Of a stretch of DNA of 64,000 nucleotides, positions 1 through 10,572 are shown in pieces; positions within the stretch are counted from its first letter, which is position 1; each line of letters starts with the position of its first letter. Source of the stretch: Desulfatiglandales bacterium. Lineage in GTDB: Bacteria; Desulfobacterota; DSM-4660; Desulfatiglandales; Desulfatiglandaceae. Made by a program: the position numbers and the translations under genes. Where the stretch lies: positions 3,520,001 to 3,584,000 of the forward strand of contig OY762721.1 of the NCBI GenBank assembly GCA_963666345.1, written 5' to 3'. The notes beneath the pieces were generated by a model, which was given only the letters and a program-made list of their open reading frames with translations, ran no database searches and had not been told where the DNA came from.

Positions 1-541
1 GGAATTTCTCTCCTGGGTGCCGGGGACCGTGGGCGGGGCCGTGAGGATGAACACGGGGGCCTTTGGAAAGGAGATGTCCGAATATGTCAGGGAGATTCAG
101 ATCATAGACCCGGCCGGACGTGGGAAGACAATGAACAGGGAGGATTTGTCTTTTTCATATCGGAACCTGGACATTGAGCAGGGCGCGATAATCACCCGTG
201 TCGTCCTCAGGCTCATGAGCGAGGACAGATCCGTTATCGAGTCAAGGGTAAAGGAGTTCATGAAAAGGCGCAAGCAGTCTCAGCCGTTCAATTATCCAAG
301 CGCCGGGTCGGTTTTCAAGAATCCTCCGGGTGAATACGCGGGAAGGCTTATTGAACGGGCGGGTCTTAAGGGAAGGCGGGTCGGGGAGGCCATGATTTCG
401 GGCAAGCACGCCAATTTCATAGTCAACATCGGCCGGGCAAAGGCGCGGGACATTATCGAACTGATGTCGATCGCCCGTGAAGAGGTGAAAAAGGGGACAG
501 GGATCGAGCTCGAACCTGAAATAAGGATACTGGGTGACTGA
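1..541 (+). CDS. murB: UDP-N-acetylmuramate dehydrogenase (5' partial)
   Basis: Motifs PGTVGGAVRMN, FSYR, PSAGSVFKNP, KHANFIVN, LEPE; the frame is open from the window edge. Confidence 0.95.
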   Translation, partial: EFLSWVPGTVGGAVRMNTGAFGKEMSEYVREIQIIDPAGRGKTMNREDLSFSYRNLDIEQGAIITRVVLRLMSEDRSVIESRVKEFMKRRKQSQPFNYPSAGSVFKNPPGEYAGRLIERAGLKGRRVGEAMISGKHANFIVNIGRAKARDIIELMSIAREEVKKGTGIELEPEIRILGD

Positions 542-583
542 GACGTAAGGCGTCAGGGCAGGAAAAACTTACAAAGGGATTCC

Positions 584-1408
584 ATGCAAATGAGAAGGTC
601 AGGGGCGGGGAAAAGGAAATCAAGGCGAAAATGGAGGTTTGATCCGGAAGGCATCAAAAGGCTTTTCAGGGATCTCGGCTCCTGCCTTTTAAAGGCATTC
701 GTTGTCGCCTCCGCAGTGGTAATCATAAGCCTTTCCTTTGTATTCCTTTACCACTACATGCTTGAGTCTCCATATATGAAGCTCAGGGTCGTCGAGGTAA
801 CCGGGGTCGATGATGAGATTCGCAGGGAACTCATATGTCTTGCCGGATTGAGTCCTGATCTGAGCCTCCTGGAGATGAACCTCAAGAGGTTGAAGGCGAA
901 AATGGAGAGACACCCCTGGGTGAGATCCGTGACCATCGAGAGAAGGTTCCCCCGCAGCCTGGTGGTAAAGGCGGAAAAGGAGGTCCCCTGCGCCATGGTG
1001 GTAATGGACGGTATATATTATGTCAACGTGATGGGGGAGGTGTTCAAGACCGTAGAGGAGGGAGATAATGTCGATTTTCCGGTTATTACGGGACTTTCCA
1101 ATAACAGCTCCGAGGCCAGGGAACAGCTGGCCGAGGCGGGGCATCTGGTAAGGATGCTGGAGGGGCGGAAGGATCCGGCCTGCCTTAAGGATCTCTCGGA
1201 GATCCATCTGAACAGGGACGGGGGCCTGTCCATCTATTTCAGCGATCTTTCAGCGGAGATAAAGCTTGTGCCCACCGATCTTGAAGAGAAGCTGGAAGGG
1301 CTCAAAAAGGTTACCGACCGGCTCGTGGGAACCGGAAAGATCGATCAGGTAAACGGGATCGATCTTGATTACCGGGACGGGGCCGTTATCTCCTTTAAGA
1401 ACGGGTAA
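584..1408 (+). CDS. ftsQ: Cell division protein FtsQ/DivIB
   Basis: Basic N-tail, one TM helix, POTRA-like HPWVRSVTIERRFP, C-terminal IDLDY; sits between murB and ftsA. Confidence 0.9.
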   Translation: MQMRRSGAGKRKSRRKWRFDPEGIKRLFRDLGSCLLKAFVVASAVVIISLSFVFLYHYMLESPYMKLRVVEVTGVDDEIRRELICLAGLSPDLSLLEMNLKRLKAKMERHPWVRSVTIERRFPRSLVVKAEKEVPCAMVVMDGIYYVNVMGEVFKTVEEGDNVDFPVITGLSNNSSEAREQLAEAGHLVRMLEGRKDPACLKDLSEIHLNRDGGLSIYFSDLSAEIKLVPTDLEEKLEGLKKVTDRLVGTGKIDQVNGIDLDYRDGAVISFKNG

Positions 1409-1491
1409 AGGAAGAGACAACGGGAGTCATATGAAAAAGAGCGGCGTTGAATCGATATCGACTGGTATCTGAAAGGGGAGGTTTCGAAGGT

Positions 1492-2718
1492 ATGGCTGAA
1501 AAAATCATTGTTGGCCTTGATATTGGAACTACGAAAATCTGCGCGGTTGTCGGAGAGGCTCATCCTGATGGAATGGTTGAGATAATCGGAATGGGAACCC
1601 ACCCCTCCGAGGGGCTCAGAAAAGGGGTGGTCATAAATATCGAAAAGACCGTCAACTCCATAAAAGAGGCGGTTGAAGAGGCCGAGACAATGGCAGGTTG
1701 CGAGATCAGTTCCGCCTATACCGGCATAGCCGGCGGTCATATAAAGGGTTTCAACTTCCCCGGAGTGATAGCCCTAAAGGAAAAAGAGGTAACAAAAAAG
1801 GATATCGAGCGGGTTATCGAGGCGGCAAGTGCGGTGGCCATCCCGATGGACAGGGAGGTTATCCACACCCTTGTCCAGGAATTCATAGTGGACGAGCAGG
1901 ACGGGATAATGGATCCCCTCGGCATGTCGGGCGTAAGGCTGGAGGCAAAGGTCCATATCGTGACCGGTGCCGTAACCTCGGCCCAGAACATAATCAAGTG
2001 CGCCAACAGGGCCGGGCTGGACGTGTGCGATATCGTGCTTCAGTCGCTTGCCTCAAGCGAGGCGGTGCTCTCGGATGAGGAACGCAACCTGGGCGCCGCG
2101 CTCATAGATTTCGGCGGGGGCACGACCGATATGGCGGTTTTTTCAAGGGGGTCCATAAAGCACACCTCGGTCCTGGCGCTCGGGGGTGACAACCTTACCT
2201 ATGATATCGCGGTCGGGCTCAGGACCCCGAAACTTGACGCTGAAAAGATAAAGATAAAGTACGGCTGCGCCCTTTCATCCCTGATCGGAAAAGAGGAGAC
2301 CATAGAGGTCCCGGGCGTGGGAGGGAGAAAAGCGAGGATGCTTTCAAGACAGATACTCGGGGAGATCCTGGAGCCGAGGGTCGAGGAGATCTTCTCGATC
2401 ATATATGGGGAGCTTGCCCAGTCGGGATATGAAAACAGCATAACCTCCGGAATCGTTGCAACGGGCGGCTCCTCCGAACTGCCCGGTATAACCGAAATGG
2501 CCGAGCAGATCTTCAACGCCCCTTCCAGGGTCGGATACCCCAGGGGCATTACCGGCCTTGTCGAGGTCGTAAACAAGCCGATGTACGCGACCGCGGTGGG
2601 CCTTGTGCTCTACGGGGCAAAGAACAGGAAAAAGGGCAGGAAATTCAGGATCAGGGACGCGAATATTTTTAACCGGGTAATAGATAGAATGAAGAAATGG
2701 TTTAAGGATGTAATATGA
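1492..2718 (+). CDS. ftsA: Cell division protein FtsA
   Basis: VGLDIGTTKI, DFGGGTTD, YATAVGL and C-terminal amphipathic helix; start moved to ATG 1492. Confidence 0.97.
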   Translation: MAEKIIVGLDIGTTKICAVVGEAHPDGMVEIIGMGTHPSEGLRKGVVINIEKTVNSIKEAVEEAETMAGCEISSAYTGIAGGHIKGFNFPGVIALKEKEVTKKDIERVIEAASAVAIPMDREVIHTLVQEFIVDEQDGIMDPLGMSGVRLEAKVHIVTGAVTSAQNIIKCANRAGLDVCDIVLQSLASSEAVLSDEERNLGAALIDFGGGTTDMAVFSRGSIKHTSVLALGGDNLTYDIAVGLRTPKLDAEKIKIKYGCALSSLIGKEETIEVPGVGGRKARMLSRQILGEILEPRVEEIFSIIYGELAQSGYENSITSGIVATGGSSELPGITEMAEQIFNAPSRVGYPRGITGLVEVVNKPMYATAVGLVLYGAKNRKKGRKFRIRDANIFNRVIDRMKKWFKDVI

Positions 2719-2812
2719 GTGTCTTCAAAAAAAAGACGACTCGTATAAAGATAAACGTCAATTGCGAGCTGAAGACCTTCAGAGCGCGTAAACAAAAAAA
2801 AGGAGGGACGCC

Positions 2813-4078
2813 ATGAAATTTGAATTTGTCGAGGAGACGGAAAATCAGAGGTACAACGCAAAGATCAAGGTCATAGGTGTGGGCGGAGGAGGGGGAAACG
2901 CCATCAACAACATGATCAATTCAAAGCTTCAGGGTGTTGATTTCACCGTGGCAAACACCGACCGCCAGGACCTTGACAGGTCGTTGTGCACCGACAGGGT
3001 GCAATTGGGCCCATCCATAACAATGGGCCTTGGCGCCGGAGCCGATCCCGAGATAGGCAGAAATTCGGCGGAAGAAAGCATGGACGAGATCAAGGAGAGC
3101 GTCAACGGCGCCGACATGATCTTTATAACGGCCGGGATGGGAGGCGGAACAGGTACCGGGGCCTCACCGGTGGTCGCAAGGGAATGCAAGGAAAGCGGCG
3201 CCCTGACCGTGGCGGTGGTCACAAAGCCCTTTAAATTCGAGGGTGAAAAGAGGATGAGAAGGGCCCTTGAGGGGATAGAAAATCTCAAGGCCGACGTGGA
3301 CAGTCTCATTGTCATCCCCAATGAGAGGCTGAAGGTGCTCGGGAGCAAGAGTACCTCTTTCAAGGATCTCATAGCAAGGGCGGACGAGGTGCTGCTTCAG
3401 GCGGTAAAAGGCATATCAGGGCTTATAATGAGCAACGGATTTATAAATCTTGATTTTGCCGATGTAAAAAGGGTAATGCTTGAGGCTGGAACCGCCATAA
3501 TGGGAGTGGGAAGGGCGAGCGGTGAAAACAGGGCTACCGAGGCGGCCCAGATGGCCATAAACAGTCCGCTGCTTGAAGACATCTCCATAAGCGGGGCAAA
3601 GGGCCTTCTCATGAACCTGACAGGTCCGAGCGACATGACTATGGACGAGATAGACGAGGCATCCACCTACATCAAGGGAGAGGTAAACGAGGATGCCGAG
3701 ATCTTCTGGGGCGTGGTCTTTGATGATTCCTGCGGAGACGAGGTCCAGGTCACGGTTATCGCCACCGGCACCGATAAAGGCGGTGATGTGGCGGGAAGGC
3801 GTTATTCCACCCCCCGCGCGGTCGTCAATTACGACAACGTGGTAAACCTGAGGGAGGCAACCCCCGAGGATGTCGCGGACAGCTGGACGGTCAGGCTCAA
3901 CGGAGAAAACCTGGATACCCCAACATTTCAGCGGAAATATGAAGGCATGACGAACCGGGAGGAAGACCTTGAGGCCCAGATGGGAAGGGCGCAGAGGAAA
4001 AAGAAGGGTTTTTTCAGCAAGTCCTTTTTTAAGGACAGCCTTGATTACCCCACGTTTCTCAGGGTAAAGGCCGATTAG
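2813..4078 (+). CDS. ftsZ: Cell division protein FtsZ
   Basis: GVGGGGGNA, GMGGGTGTG, NLDFADV and C-terminal DYPTFLR. Confidence 0.98.
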   Translation: MKFEFVEETENQRYNAKIKVIGVGGGGGNAINNMINSKLQGVDFTVANTDRQDLDRSLCTDRVQLGPSITMGLGAGADPEIGRNSAEESMDEIKESVNGADMIFITAGMGGGTGTGASPVVARECKESGALTVAVVTKPFKFEGEKRMRRALEGIENLKADVDSLIVIPNERLKVLGSKSTSFKDLIARADEVLLQAVKGISGLIMSNGFINLDFADVKRVMLEAGTAIMGVGRASGENRATEAAQMAINSPLLEDISISGAKGLLMNLTGPSDMTMDEIDEASTYIKGEVNEDAEIFWGVVFDDSCGDEVQVTVIATGTDKGGDVAGRRYSTPRAVVNYDNVVNLREATPEDVADSWTVRLNGENLDTPTFQRKYEGMTNREEDLEAQMGRAQRKKKGFFSKSFFKDSLDYPTFLRVKAD

Positions 4079-4100
4079 CAGCGGAAAGGTTGAAAAGGAA

Positions 4101-5858
4101 GTGCCCACGGATATAGTGTCCCTCTATCTTGCCAGAGTGGCCGGAGAAACAGGGACGGTCAGAAAGGACAGGGGAGGCAGGCTCTCGATAGCGCTTGTCT
4201 ATCCCAACAGTTACCGCCTGGGCATGTCAAACCTGGGATTCCAGGTCGTGTATCATCTCTTCAACAAAAGGCCCGAGGTCGTCGCGGAGAGGTTCTTCCT
4301 GCCTGAAGGAAAAGAAATGTCCCTCTACCTTCAGTCGGGAAAACCCCTGATGTCGCTGGAATCGCAGACGCCCCTATATCTGTTCGACCTCGTGGCCTTT
4401 TCCCTTTCCTTTGAAAATGATTATCCCAACATACTGAAAATCCTTGAACTGGGGAGTATCCCGCTTCTTTCAAAAGACAGGAGGGGCGGAGGCTTTCCCC
4501 CTGTCATGGCGGGGGGAATCACAACCTTTCTGAACCCGGAGCCGATCGCGGATTTCATGGATTTTTTCCTCATGGGAGAGGCCGAATCCTTTTTAGACCA
4601 TTTCCTGGACACCTTTATCGATCTTCATGACGGCCGGGCCGAAGGCGCTGAACTGCTCAAGGCGCTTGCGACATCGGTCCCCAACCTTTATGCCCCCGCG
4701 CTCTACGCGCAGGAATATGAAAAAGGGGGAGCAATCAGGGCCTTTTACCCAAAGGCGGGTGTGCCGGAGACGATCAGGACGGCCAGGCATGTCACAGACG
4801 CAGATGCCGTGCCTTTTTCAACGATCCGGACACAGGAGACGGAATTTTCAGGAAAGGTCCTGGCCGAAATCGGGCGGGGCTGCGGCAGGTCCTGCAGGTT
4901 CTGCGCGGCAGGCTACGTGTACCGTCCCCCGAGGATTCACGGCGTAAAGGCCATAAAATCGACCATGGACAAGGTGCTTATGAGCTGCGACAAGGTAGGG
5001 TTGATTGCCGCTGCCGTCTCGGACGTGCCCGGAATCGAGGAGGTAACCTCCCATATCCTTGAGAAGGGGGCGCATTTTTCAGTCTCCTCCCTTAGGGCCG
5101 ATTCGATCACCGTAAGACTCATCGAGGACCTGAGGGATTCGGGACAGAAGAGCCTCGCCATAGCGCCTGAGGCGGGCTCTGAAAGAATGAGGCGGGTAAT
5201 CAACAAGCATCTCAGCCGGCAGGAGATAATAGAGGCGGTAAGGCTCATATCGGGGACAGGTGATTTCTCTCTGAGGCTGTACGCCCTCATAGGGCTTCCC
5301 ACCGAGACCAATGATGACGTGGCCTCCCTGGTCGATCTTGTAAAGGTCATACGGCACCATATGATAAAGGCATCGGCTCAAAGGGGCAGCATGGGGCAGA
5401 TAAGGCTGAGCCTCAATTGCTTTATCCCCAAGCCCTTTACCCCGTTTCAGTGGTTTCCCATGGAGGAGCTCGGCAGCCTCAAGCAGAAGCAGAAACGGCT
5501 CAAAAAGGCTCTTATAAAAGAGGGGGGCATCAGTGTCGGTTTTGATGTGCCCAAATGGGCCTATCTGCAGACCCTTCTTTCCCAGGGAGACAGGAGGGTC
5601 GGATCGATCCTGCTTAAGGCCCATGAACTTAAAGACGACTGGAAAAAGGCGTTCCGCAGCTCGGAACTTAATCCCGATTTTTTCGTGTACCGGCAAAAGG
5701 ACCTTGATGAGATACTGCCGTGGGATTTTATCGATAACGGCGTAAGAAAGGCCCATCTCAAAAGGGAATACGATCTGGCATTAAAGGCTGAGGAATCAGA
5801 CGAGTGCCGGATGGGTGACTGCAGATTGTGCGGGGCGTGCTCCCTGTTTGACAAATAA
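4101..5858 (+). CDS. Radical SAM protein with B12-binding-like N-terminus
   Basis: YPNSYRLGMSNLG, CxxxCxxC (RGCGRSCRFC), APEAGSERMR, FIPKPFTPFQW, terminal Cys cluster. Confidence 0.88.
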   Translation: MPTDIVSLYLARVAGETGTVRKDRGGRLSIALVYPNSYRLGMSNLGFQVVYHLFNKRPEVVAERFFLPEGKEMSLYLQSGKPLMSLESQTPLYLFDLVAFSLSFENDYPNILKILELGSIPLLSKDRRGGGFPPVMAGGITTFLNPEPIADFMDFFLMGEAESFLDHFLDTFIDLHDGRAEGAELLKALATSVPNLYAPALYAQEYEKGGAIRAFYPKAGVPETIRTARHVTDADAVPFSTIRTQETEFSGKVLAEIGRGCGRSCRFCAAGYVYRPPRIHGVKAIKSTMDKVLMSCDKVGLIAAAVSDVPGIEEVTSHILEKGAHFSVSSLRADSITVRLIEDLRDSGQKSLAIAPEAGSERMRRVINKHLSRQEIIEAVRLISGTGDFSLRLYALIGLPTETNDDVASLVDLVKVIRHHMIKASAQRGSMGQIRLSLNCFIPKPFTPFQWFPMEELGSLKQKQKRLKKALIKEGGISVGFDVPKWAYLQTLLSQGDRRVGSILLKAHELKDDWKKAFRSSELNPDFFVYRQKDLDEILPWDFIDNGVRKAHLKREYDLALKAEESDECRMGDCRLCGACSLFDK

Positions 5859-6040
5859 AATTGCAGGCCTTGAACTCGCCTCCCGACCCGCTTATTCTCC
5901 GCAGCTTGCCACAGACAGCCTCAATCCATCCCGTGGCACGGTTTCACACTCCATGAATCAGCAATGTCGTTTTTATCAACAGACACCCCACTTTTAATTT
6001 GAAAAATCTTTCTTAGATTAAAAGAAAGGAGGTGTGAATT

Positions 6041-6964
6041 ATGAACAGGAGAGAATTTATTGTGAAAACGGCAGGGTGTGCCGCTCTTGCCGCCCTTGAT
6101 ATTGCACTTCCCGGGCTGACCGGCATAAAGGCCGATGCGGGAGATCTTCCTGATATTGTACTGGCAAAGGGCGGTCCTGAAAAGGCCACGAGGGCGGCAG
6201 TAAACGCCCTGGGAGGTATGAGGCGCTTCGTAAGTCAGGGTCAGAGGGTAGTGATAAAGCCCAACATGAGTTTCCCGAATCCCCCTGAGATGGCGACGAC
6301 CACCCACCCTGAGGTCATAAGAGAACTCGTCAGACAGTGCGTCGAGGCGGGGGCGTCATCGGTCCTGGTCCTGGATAACCCCTTAAGAGACATAGAGATA
6401 TGCCTTGAAAGATCGCGATTAAAGGATGTCTGCAGGGGGTTCAAGGGCTCCAGACTGGGAGGTCTCAAAGACAAGGGGTCTTTCAAAAAGGTCCAGGTCC
6501 CGGGCGGAAAGGACCTCAAGTCCACCATGGTCATGAAACAGGTGCTGAAGGCTGACGTGCTCATCGCTGCCCCTGTCGCCAAATCGCACAGTGCCACCGG
6601 TGTGAGTCTTTCAATGAAGGGGATGATGGGTCTTATCTACAACAGAAGCGTTTTCCATTATGCCATGGACCTAAACAGTGCGATAGTGGATCTCTGTACG
6701 ATCCTCAAGCCCTCTCTCACTGTAATAGATGCCACGAGAATCCTTAGCGAGGGAGGCCCCGGAGGCCCTGGAAAGGTAATTACAATGAACAGGGTGATAG
6801 CCTCAAACGATATGGTTGCGGCGGACTCAACAGCGGTTGAACTGGGTACCTGGTACGGAAAAAAGATAAAGGCGTCAGGCATAGAACATATAAGGCTGGC
6901 CCATAACAGGGGACTGGGCAGTATGAATATCTCGAATATGTCGGTAAAAGAGGTTACGGGCTGA
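6041..6964 (+). CDS. DUF362 domain protein with Tat signal
   Basis: MNRREF twin-arginine motif, VVIKPN, TTHPE, KSH..LSMKGMMG, D-MVAAD. Confidence 0.85.
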   Translation: MNRREFIVKTAGCAALAALDIALPGLTGIKADAGDLPDIVLAKGGPEKATRAAVNALGGMRRFVSQGQRVVIKPNMSFPNPPEMATTTHPEVIRELVRQCVEAGASSVLVLDNPLRDIEICLERSRLKDVCRGFKGSRLGGLKDKGSFKKVQVPGGKDLKSTMVMKQVLKADVLIAAPVAKSHSATGVSLSMKGMMGLIYNRSVFHYAMDLNSAIVDLCTILKPSLTVIDATRILSEGGPGGPGKVITMNRVIASNDMVAADSTAVELGTWYGKKIKASGIEHIRLAHNRGLGSMNISNMSVKEVTG

Positions 6965-8562
6965 TGAGATTTCAGCGAGTTATTCAGACCCTTACCCTTT
7001 TACTGTTCCTTTTGCTGCTGTGGCGTGTGGCCTATCCGCTTCCGGCGTGGGAGGGCCTGAACGTATTTTTGAAACTGGACCCGCTGATCGCCTTGGGCAC
7101 GGCCGCCTCATCTCGCGCCGTTATAGAGGGGATGGGCCTTGCAGTCCTGGTCCTGCTGATTACTCTGGTACTCGGAAGATTTTTCTGCGGGCATATCTGC
7201 CCCATGGGGACTACACTGGATGTTTGTCAAAGGTTCATAAAAGGCAAAAATAAGAGCGATTCCGCAAGGGGTGCCGCAACAGGGCGGCAATACAGGAAGT
7301 TCAAATATCTCATCCTTTTCTTTGTGGCGGGCACCTCGCTTCTTGGGATTTCGTCGGTATTTTTGTTCTCTCCCCTTTCGATAATCACCCGTTTTTACTC
7401 TCTTGTAATCTATCCCCTTTTTATGCTCATCCTTGGGCTTCTGCTTGAAACCTTCCGCCCTCTGTCTGAATATCTGGGCATGGATGCGCTGAGCCTTGTG
7501 AGCATAAAAACCCCCTATTTCAACACAAACGTTTTTGTCATGTTCCTTATGGCAACCATCATTTGCCTAGGGCTTCTGGCACCCAGATTCTGGTGCAGGA
7601 ACCTGTGCCCTGCAGGAGCAATATTCGCGATATTGTCCTTCAGACCCTTTTTTAGAAGAAGGGTATCAGAAGATTGCACCCTGTGCGGCAGATGTGCCAG
7701 GGCCTGCCCGGCAGCCGCCATTGATGATGATTTCTTTAATACCTCATATAGCGAATGTATAGTCTGTCTCAAATGTCAGGAGTTATGCCCGGAGGATGCG
7801 ATCTCTTTTTTCCCGGGCTGGAAAAGGCACGTGCCGGCCCAGGTGGATATGGGAAAGAGGAGGCTTCTAGGGGCCTTTGCAGCAGGTATGGGCACTGCGG
7901 CGGTTTCAATGACTAACCTGAGATATCTGCATGAACTGGAGCATCCTAAGGCGCTCAGATCGGCAAGACTCATAAGGCCCCCGGGCGCTCTTCCTGAAAG
8001 TGGTTTTCAGGCCAGATGCGTGCGTTGCGGGCTGTGCATGAAAGGATGCCTGACCAACACCCTTCAGCCTGTCTGGTGGGAGGCGGGGATGACGGGGGTT
8101 TGGACTCCCATGCTCTTTGCGAGATTTGCAGGATGCGAGCAAAACTGCAACATATGCGGGTGGATCTGCCCCACCGGGGCCATAAGGCCTCTTGATCTTG
8201 AGGAAAAGAAATTTGCGAAGGTAGGCACAGCACGCATAATAAAGTCTCGATGCATAGCATGGGAGCAGGACAAAAAATGCCTCATCTGTGACGAGATATG
8301 CCCCTATAACGCCATCTCCCACCAGCCGGCTGAAGGCAAAAAGGCTACGGTTCCGGTTGTTGAGGAATCCAGATGCAATGGTTGCGGCTACTGTGAGATG
8401 AAGTGCCCTGTCAAGGGGGAATCCGCCATCGTCATAGAGCCGACAGGAGAGCTCCGCCTCTCGTCTGGTTCCTATAAAAAAAGGGCTCTTGAGCTGGGCC
8501 TCAAGCTGAACAGGGCTCCCGGTACGCCTTATATGAAAAACCAAAGTCCATTGTCTGATTGA
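6964..8562 (+). CDS. Membrane polyferredoxin (NapH/MauN plus NapG/MauM-like 4Fe-4S protein)
   Basis: GRFFCGHICPMG, RFWCRNLCPAG, several CxxCxxCxxxCP motifs, IRPPGA; start overlaps the upstream stop. Confidence 0.88.
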   Translation: MRFQRVIQTLTLLLFLLLLWRVAYPLPAWEGLNVFLKLDPLIALGTAASSRAVIEGMGLAVLVLLITLVLGRFFCGHICPMGTTLDVCQRFIKGKNKSDSARGAATGRQYRKFKYLILFFVAGTSLLGISSVFLFSPLSIITRFYSLVIYPLFMLILGLLLETFRPLSEYLGMDALSLVSIKTPYFNTNVFVMFLMATIICLGLLAPRFWCRNLCPAGAIFAILSFRPFFRRRVSEDCTLCGRCARACPAAAIDDDFFNTSYSECIVCLKCQELCPEDAISFFPGWKRHVPAQVDMGKRRLLGAFAAGMGTAAVSMTNLRYLHELEHPKALRSARLIRPPGALPESGFQARCVRCGLCMKGCLTNTLQPVWWEAGMTGVWTPMLFARFAGCEQNCNICGWICPTGAIRPLDLEEKKFAKVGTARIIKSRCIAWEQDKKCLICDEICPYNAISHQPAEGKKATVPVVEESRCNGCGYCEMKCPVKGESAIVIEPTGELRLSSGSYKKRALELGLKLNRAPGTPYMKNQSPLSD

Positions 8563-8768
8563 GATGCGGCAAAACCCCGGGATCTTTGGATAGCACAAGG
8601 CATAAAAGTCGCTATTGCAAAAAATCGCCAAAAGACAATGAGCAGGGCTTCCAATGCTTGCGGTATTGCCGCTTGATGATGGATGGTTTAGATAGAGATT
8701 GATTGACCTTTTCCGCTCGCTGTTTTAAAAAAAACACTATAACAAACGGTTTCTCTCAGGGAGTGTAT

Positions 8769-9020
8769 ATGAATGCATACAAAAAGGCGGGTATGCTGGA
8801 ACATGAATTTGAGGCACAGCTGGTTGATTCGGTGCTCAATGAGCGGGGCATACCTCACCTCATAAGATCGTACCATGACACCGCCTTTGACGGACTCTAC
8901 CAGACCCAGAAAGGGTGGGGTTATGTGAGCGGCCCTGAGCAGTATGTCGATGAGATAAAGGAGATCCTCTCAAGTATCAGAAAATATCCCGCGCCGGCCG
9001 ATGAAGAGGGCCCCCTGTAA
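8769..9020 (+). CDS. Small hypothetical protein (DUF2007-like)
   Basis: EFEAQLVDSVLNERGIPH pattern; GGGAG RBS before ATG 8769. Confidence 0.6.
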   Translation: MNAYKKAGMLEHEFEAQLVDSVLNERGIPHLIRSYHDTAFDGLYQTQKGWGYVSGPEQYVDEIKEILSSIRKYPAPADEEGPL

Positions 9021-10072
9021 TGAATACGCTCAGGGCCTGCGTGGTTATTGCCGCCTTTTTCTTCTTCCTTTCTTCCCCCGCATTCGGAATGGAGACCTCA
9101 ACCCAGGAGAAGAGCTGGACCTTCAGCTTTTATTTTGAAAACGATCTGTTCACCGGATCGGATCAGAATTACACAAACGGCGTGAAACTGTCCTGGATGT
9201 CCCCTGATCTCAGGACATACGAGGAAAGCGGGAGCCTGCCCGAATTCACCCTTCCCGCGGTCAGATTTCTTCCGTTTGTAAATGAACCTGAATCGATACA
9301 GAGGAATATCTCCCTTGCCATAGGCCAGAGCATGTATACACCTGAGGAGATCTCAGGGAGCGACCTGATCATCGATGACCGCCCCTATGCGGGATGGACA
9401 TATCTTGCGATCGGGTTTCACAGCAGGAGCGTGTCGAAACAGGACTCCCTCGAATTTCAGATGGGTCTTGTGGGCCCCGAATCGTTCGCCGAGCAGGCCC
9501 AGACCATCGTGCATGAAATAGGCGGGTATCAGAAACCGAACGGCTGGGACAACCAGCTCAAGAACGAGCCGGGTCTTGAGGTGATATATGAAAGAAAGGT
9601 ACGGCTATGGCGACATGAATACTCAGGCGGATTCGGCTCAGACCTGATAGCTCACCTGGGCGGGGCCTTGGGAAATGTCTACACATACGGTAACGTCGGC
9701 ATGGTGGGGCGCATCGGGTGGAATATCCCCCTTGATTTCGGCACGGCCCTTATAAGGCCCGCGGGAGATACCAACGCCCCGCTCGGCGGCAGCGATCCCA
9801 GATTTTCTTCAATAAGGAAGCTGAGCCTTCACCTCTTTGCAGGAGTCGATGTCAAAGGAGTTTTAAGGGATATCTTTCTTGACGGAAATACCTTTACGGA
9901 CAGCCACAGCGTTGACAAGAAGAACCTGGTGGCCGATTTTGTGACCGGAATAAGCTTTATACTCTGGAAGATGAAGTTCTCCTTGTCCCATGTCTTGAGG
10001 ACAAAGGAGTTTTGCGGCCAGAAGCAGAATCACCAGCGATTCGGGTCGGTCAACCTGTCTTTTTCATATTAG
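9020..10072 (+). CDS. Lipid A deacylase LpxR-family (DUF2219) outer-membrane protein
   Basis: Signal peptide, FENDLF..DQNYTNG, GQSMYTP, DRPYAGW, GWDNQLKNE, terminal aromatic residue. Confidence 0.88.
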   Translation: MNTLRACVVIAAFFFFLSSPAFGMETSTQEKSWTFSFYFENDLFTGSDQNYTNGVKLSWMSPDLRTYEESGSLPEFTLPAVRFLPFVNEPESIQRNISLAIGQSMYTPEEISGSDLIIDDRPYAGWTYLAIGFHSRSVSKQDSLEFQMGLVGPESFAEQAQTIVHEIGGYQKPNGWDNQLKNEPGLEVIYERKVRLWRHEYSGGFGSDLIAHLGGALGNVYTYGNVGMVGRIGWNIPLDFGTALIRPAGDTNAPLGGSDPRFSSIRKLSLHLFAGVDVKGVLRDIFLDGNTFTDSHSVDKKNLVADFVTGISFILWKMKFSLSHVLRTKEFCGQKQNHQRFGSVNLSFSY

Positions 10073-10106
10073 ATATCTGCCGGATAAACATCTTGAGGAG
10101 GAAAAA

Positions 10107-10487
10107 ATGGATATCGCCCTATATATCGTATCCTTGGTATGGATAGCCATGGGGGCCTTTCTCGTCATATACACCGGGCAGGCAAGGTCATTTATAAAGG
10201 GGGTGTTTCCGCCTTCAAGGGCAAAGGTCTTTGCCGTAATTCCCTTTGCCTTCGGGGTGGTCCTTGTCATTGGGGCCTTTTACAGGACCCAGATGTTCTG
10301 GCTTGCCTTTGTCCTGGGGCTTCTCGGTATCCTGAAAGGGATCTTCCTTTTTCTGGGGCCGTCGGACAGGATAGCCGCCCTCATGCAGTGGTGGTACGGC
10401 AAGGCGAGTGACAGGGTGGTCAGGACGGGCGGGCTTATCGCCTTTTTCCTTGGAAGTGTGATATTTTCCTATATCAGACAGGGGTAA
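10107..10487 (+). CDS. Small membrane protein (about 4 TM)
   Basis: Hydrophobic helices; GAGGAGG RBS. Confidence 0.7.
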   Translation: MDIALYIVSLVWIAMGAFLVIYTGQARSFIKGVFPPSRAKVFAVIPFAFGVVLVIGAFYRTQMFWLAFVLGLLGILKGIFLFLGPSDRIAALMQWWYGKASDRVVRTGGLIAFFLGSVIFSYIRQG

Positions 10488-10572
10488 AGAAAGGATAAAC
10501 GCACGCCTTCAAAGACAAAGCCTTGCGCCATACCGGGGCTGTCCTGTGGAAATTTTCCCACCGCGGAGAATC

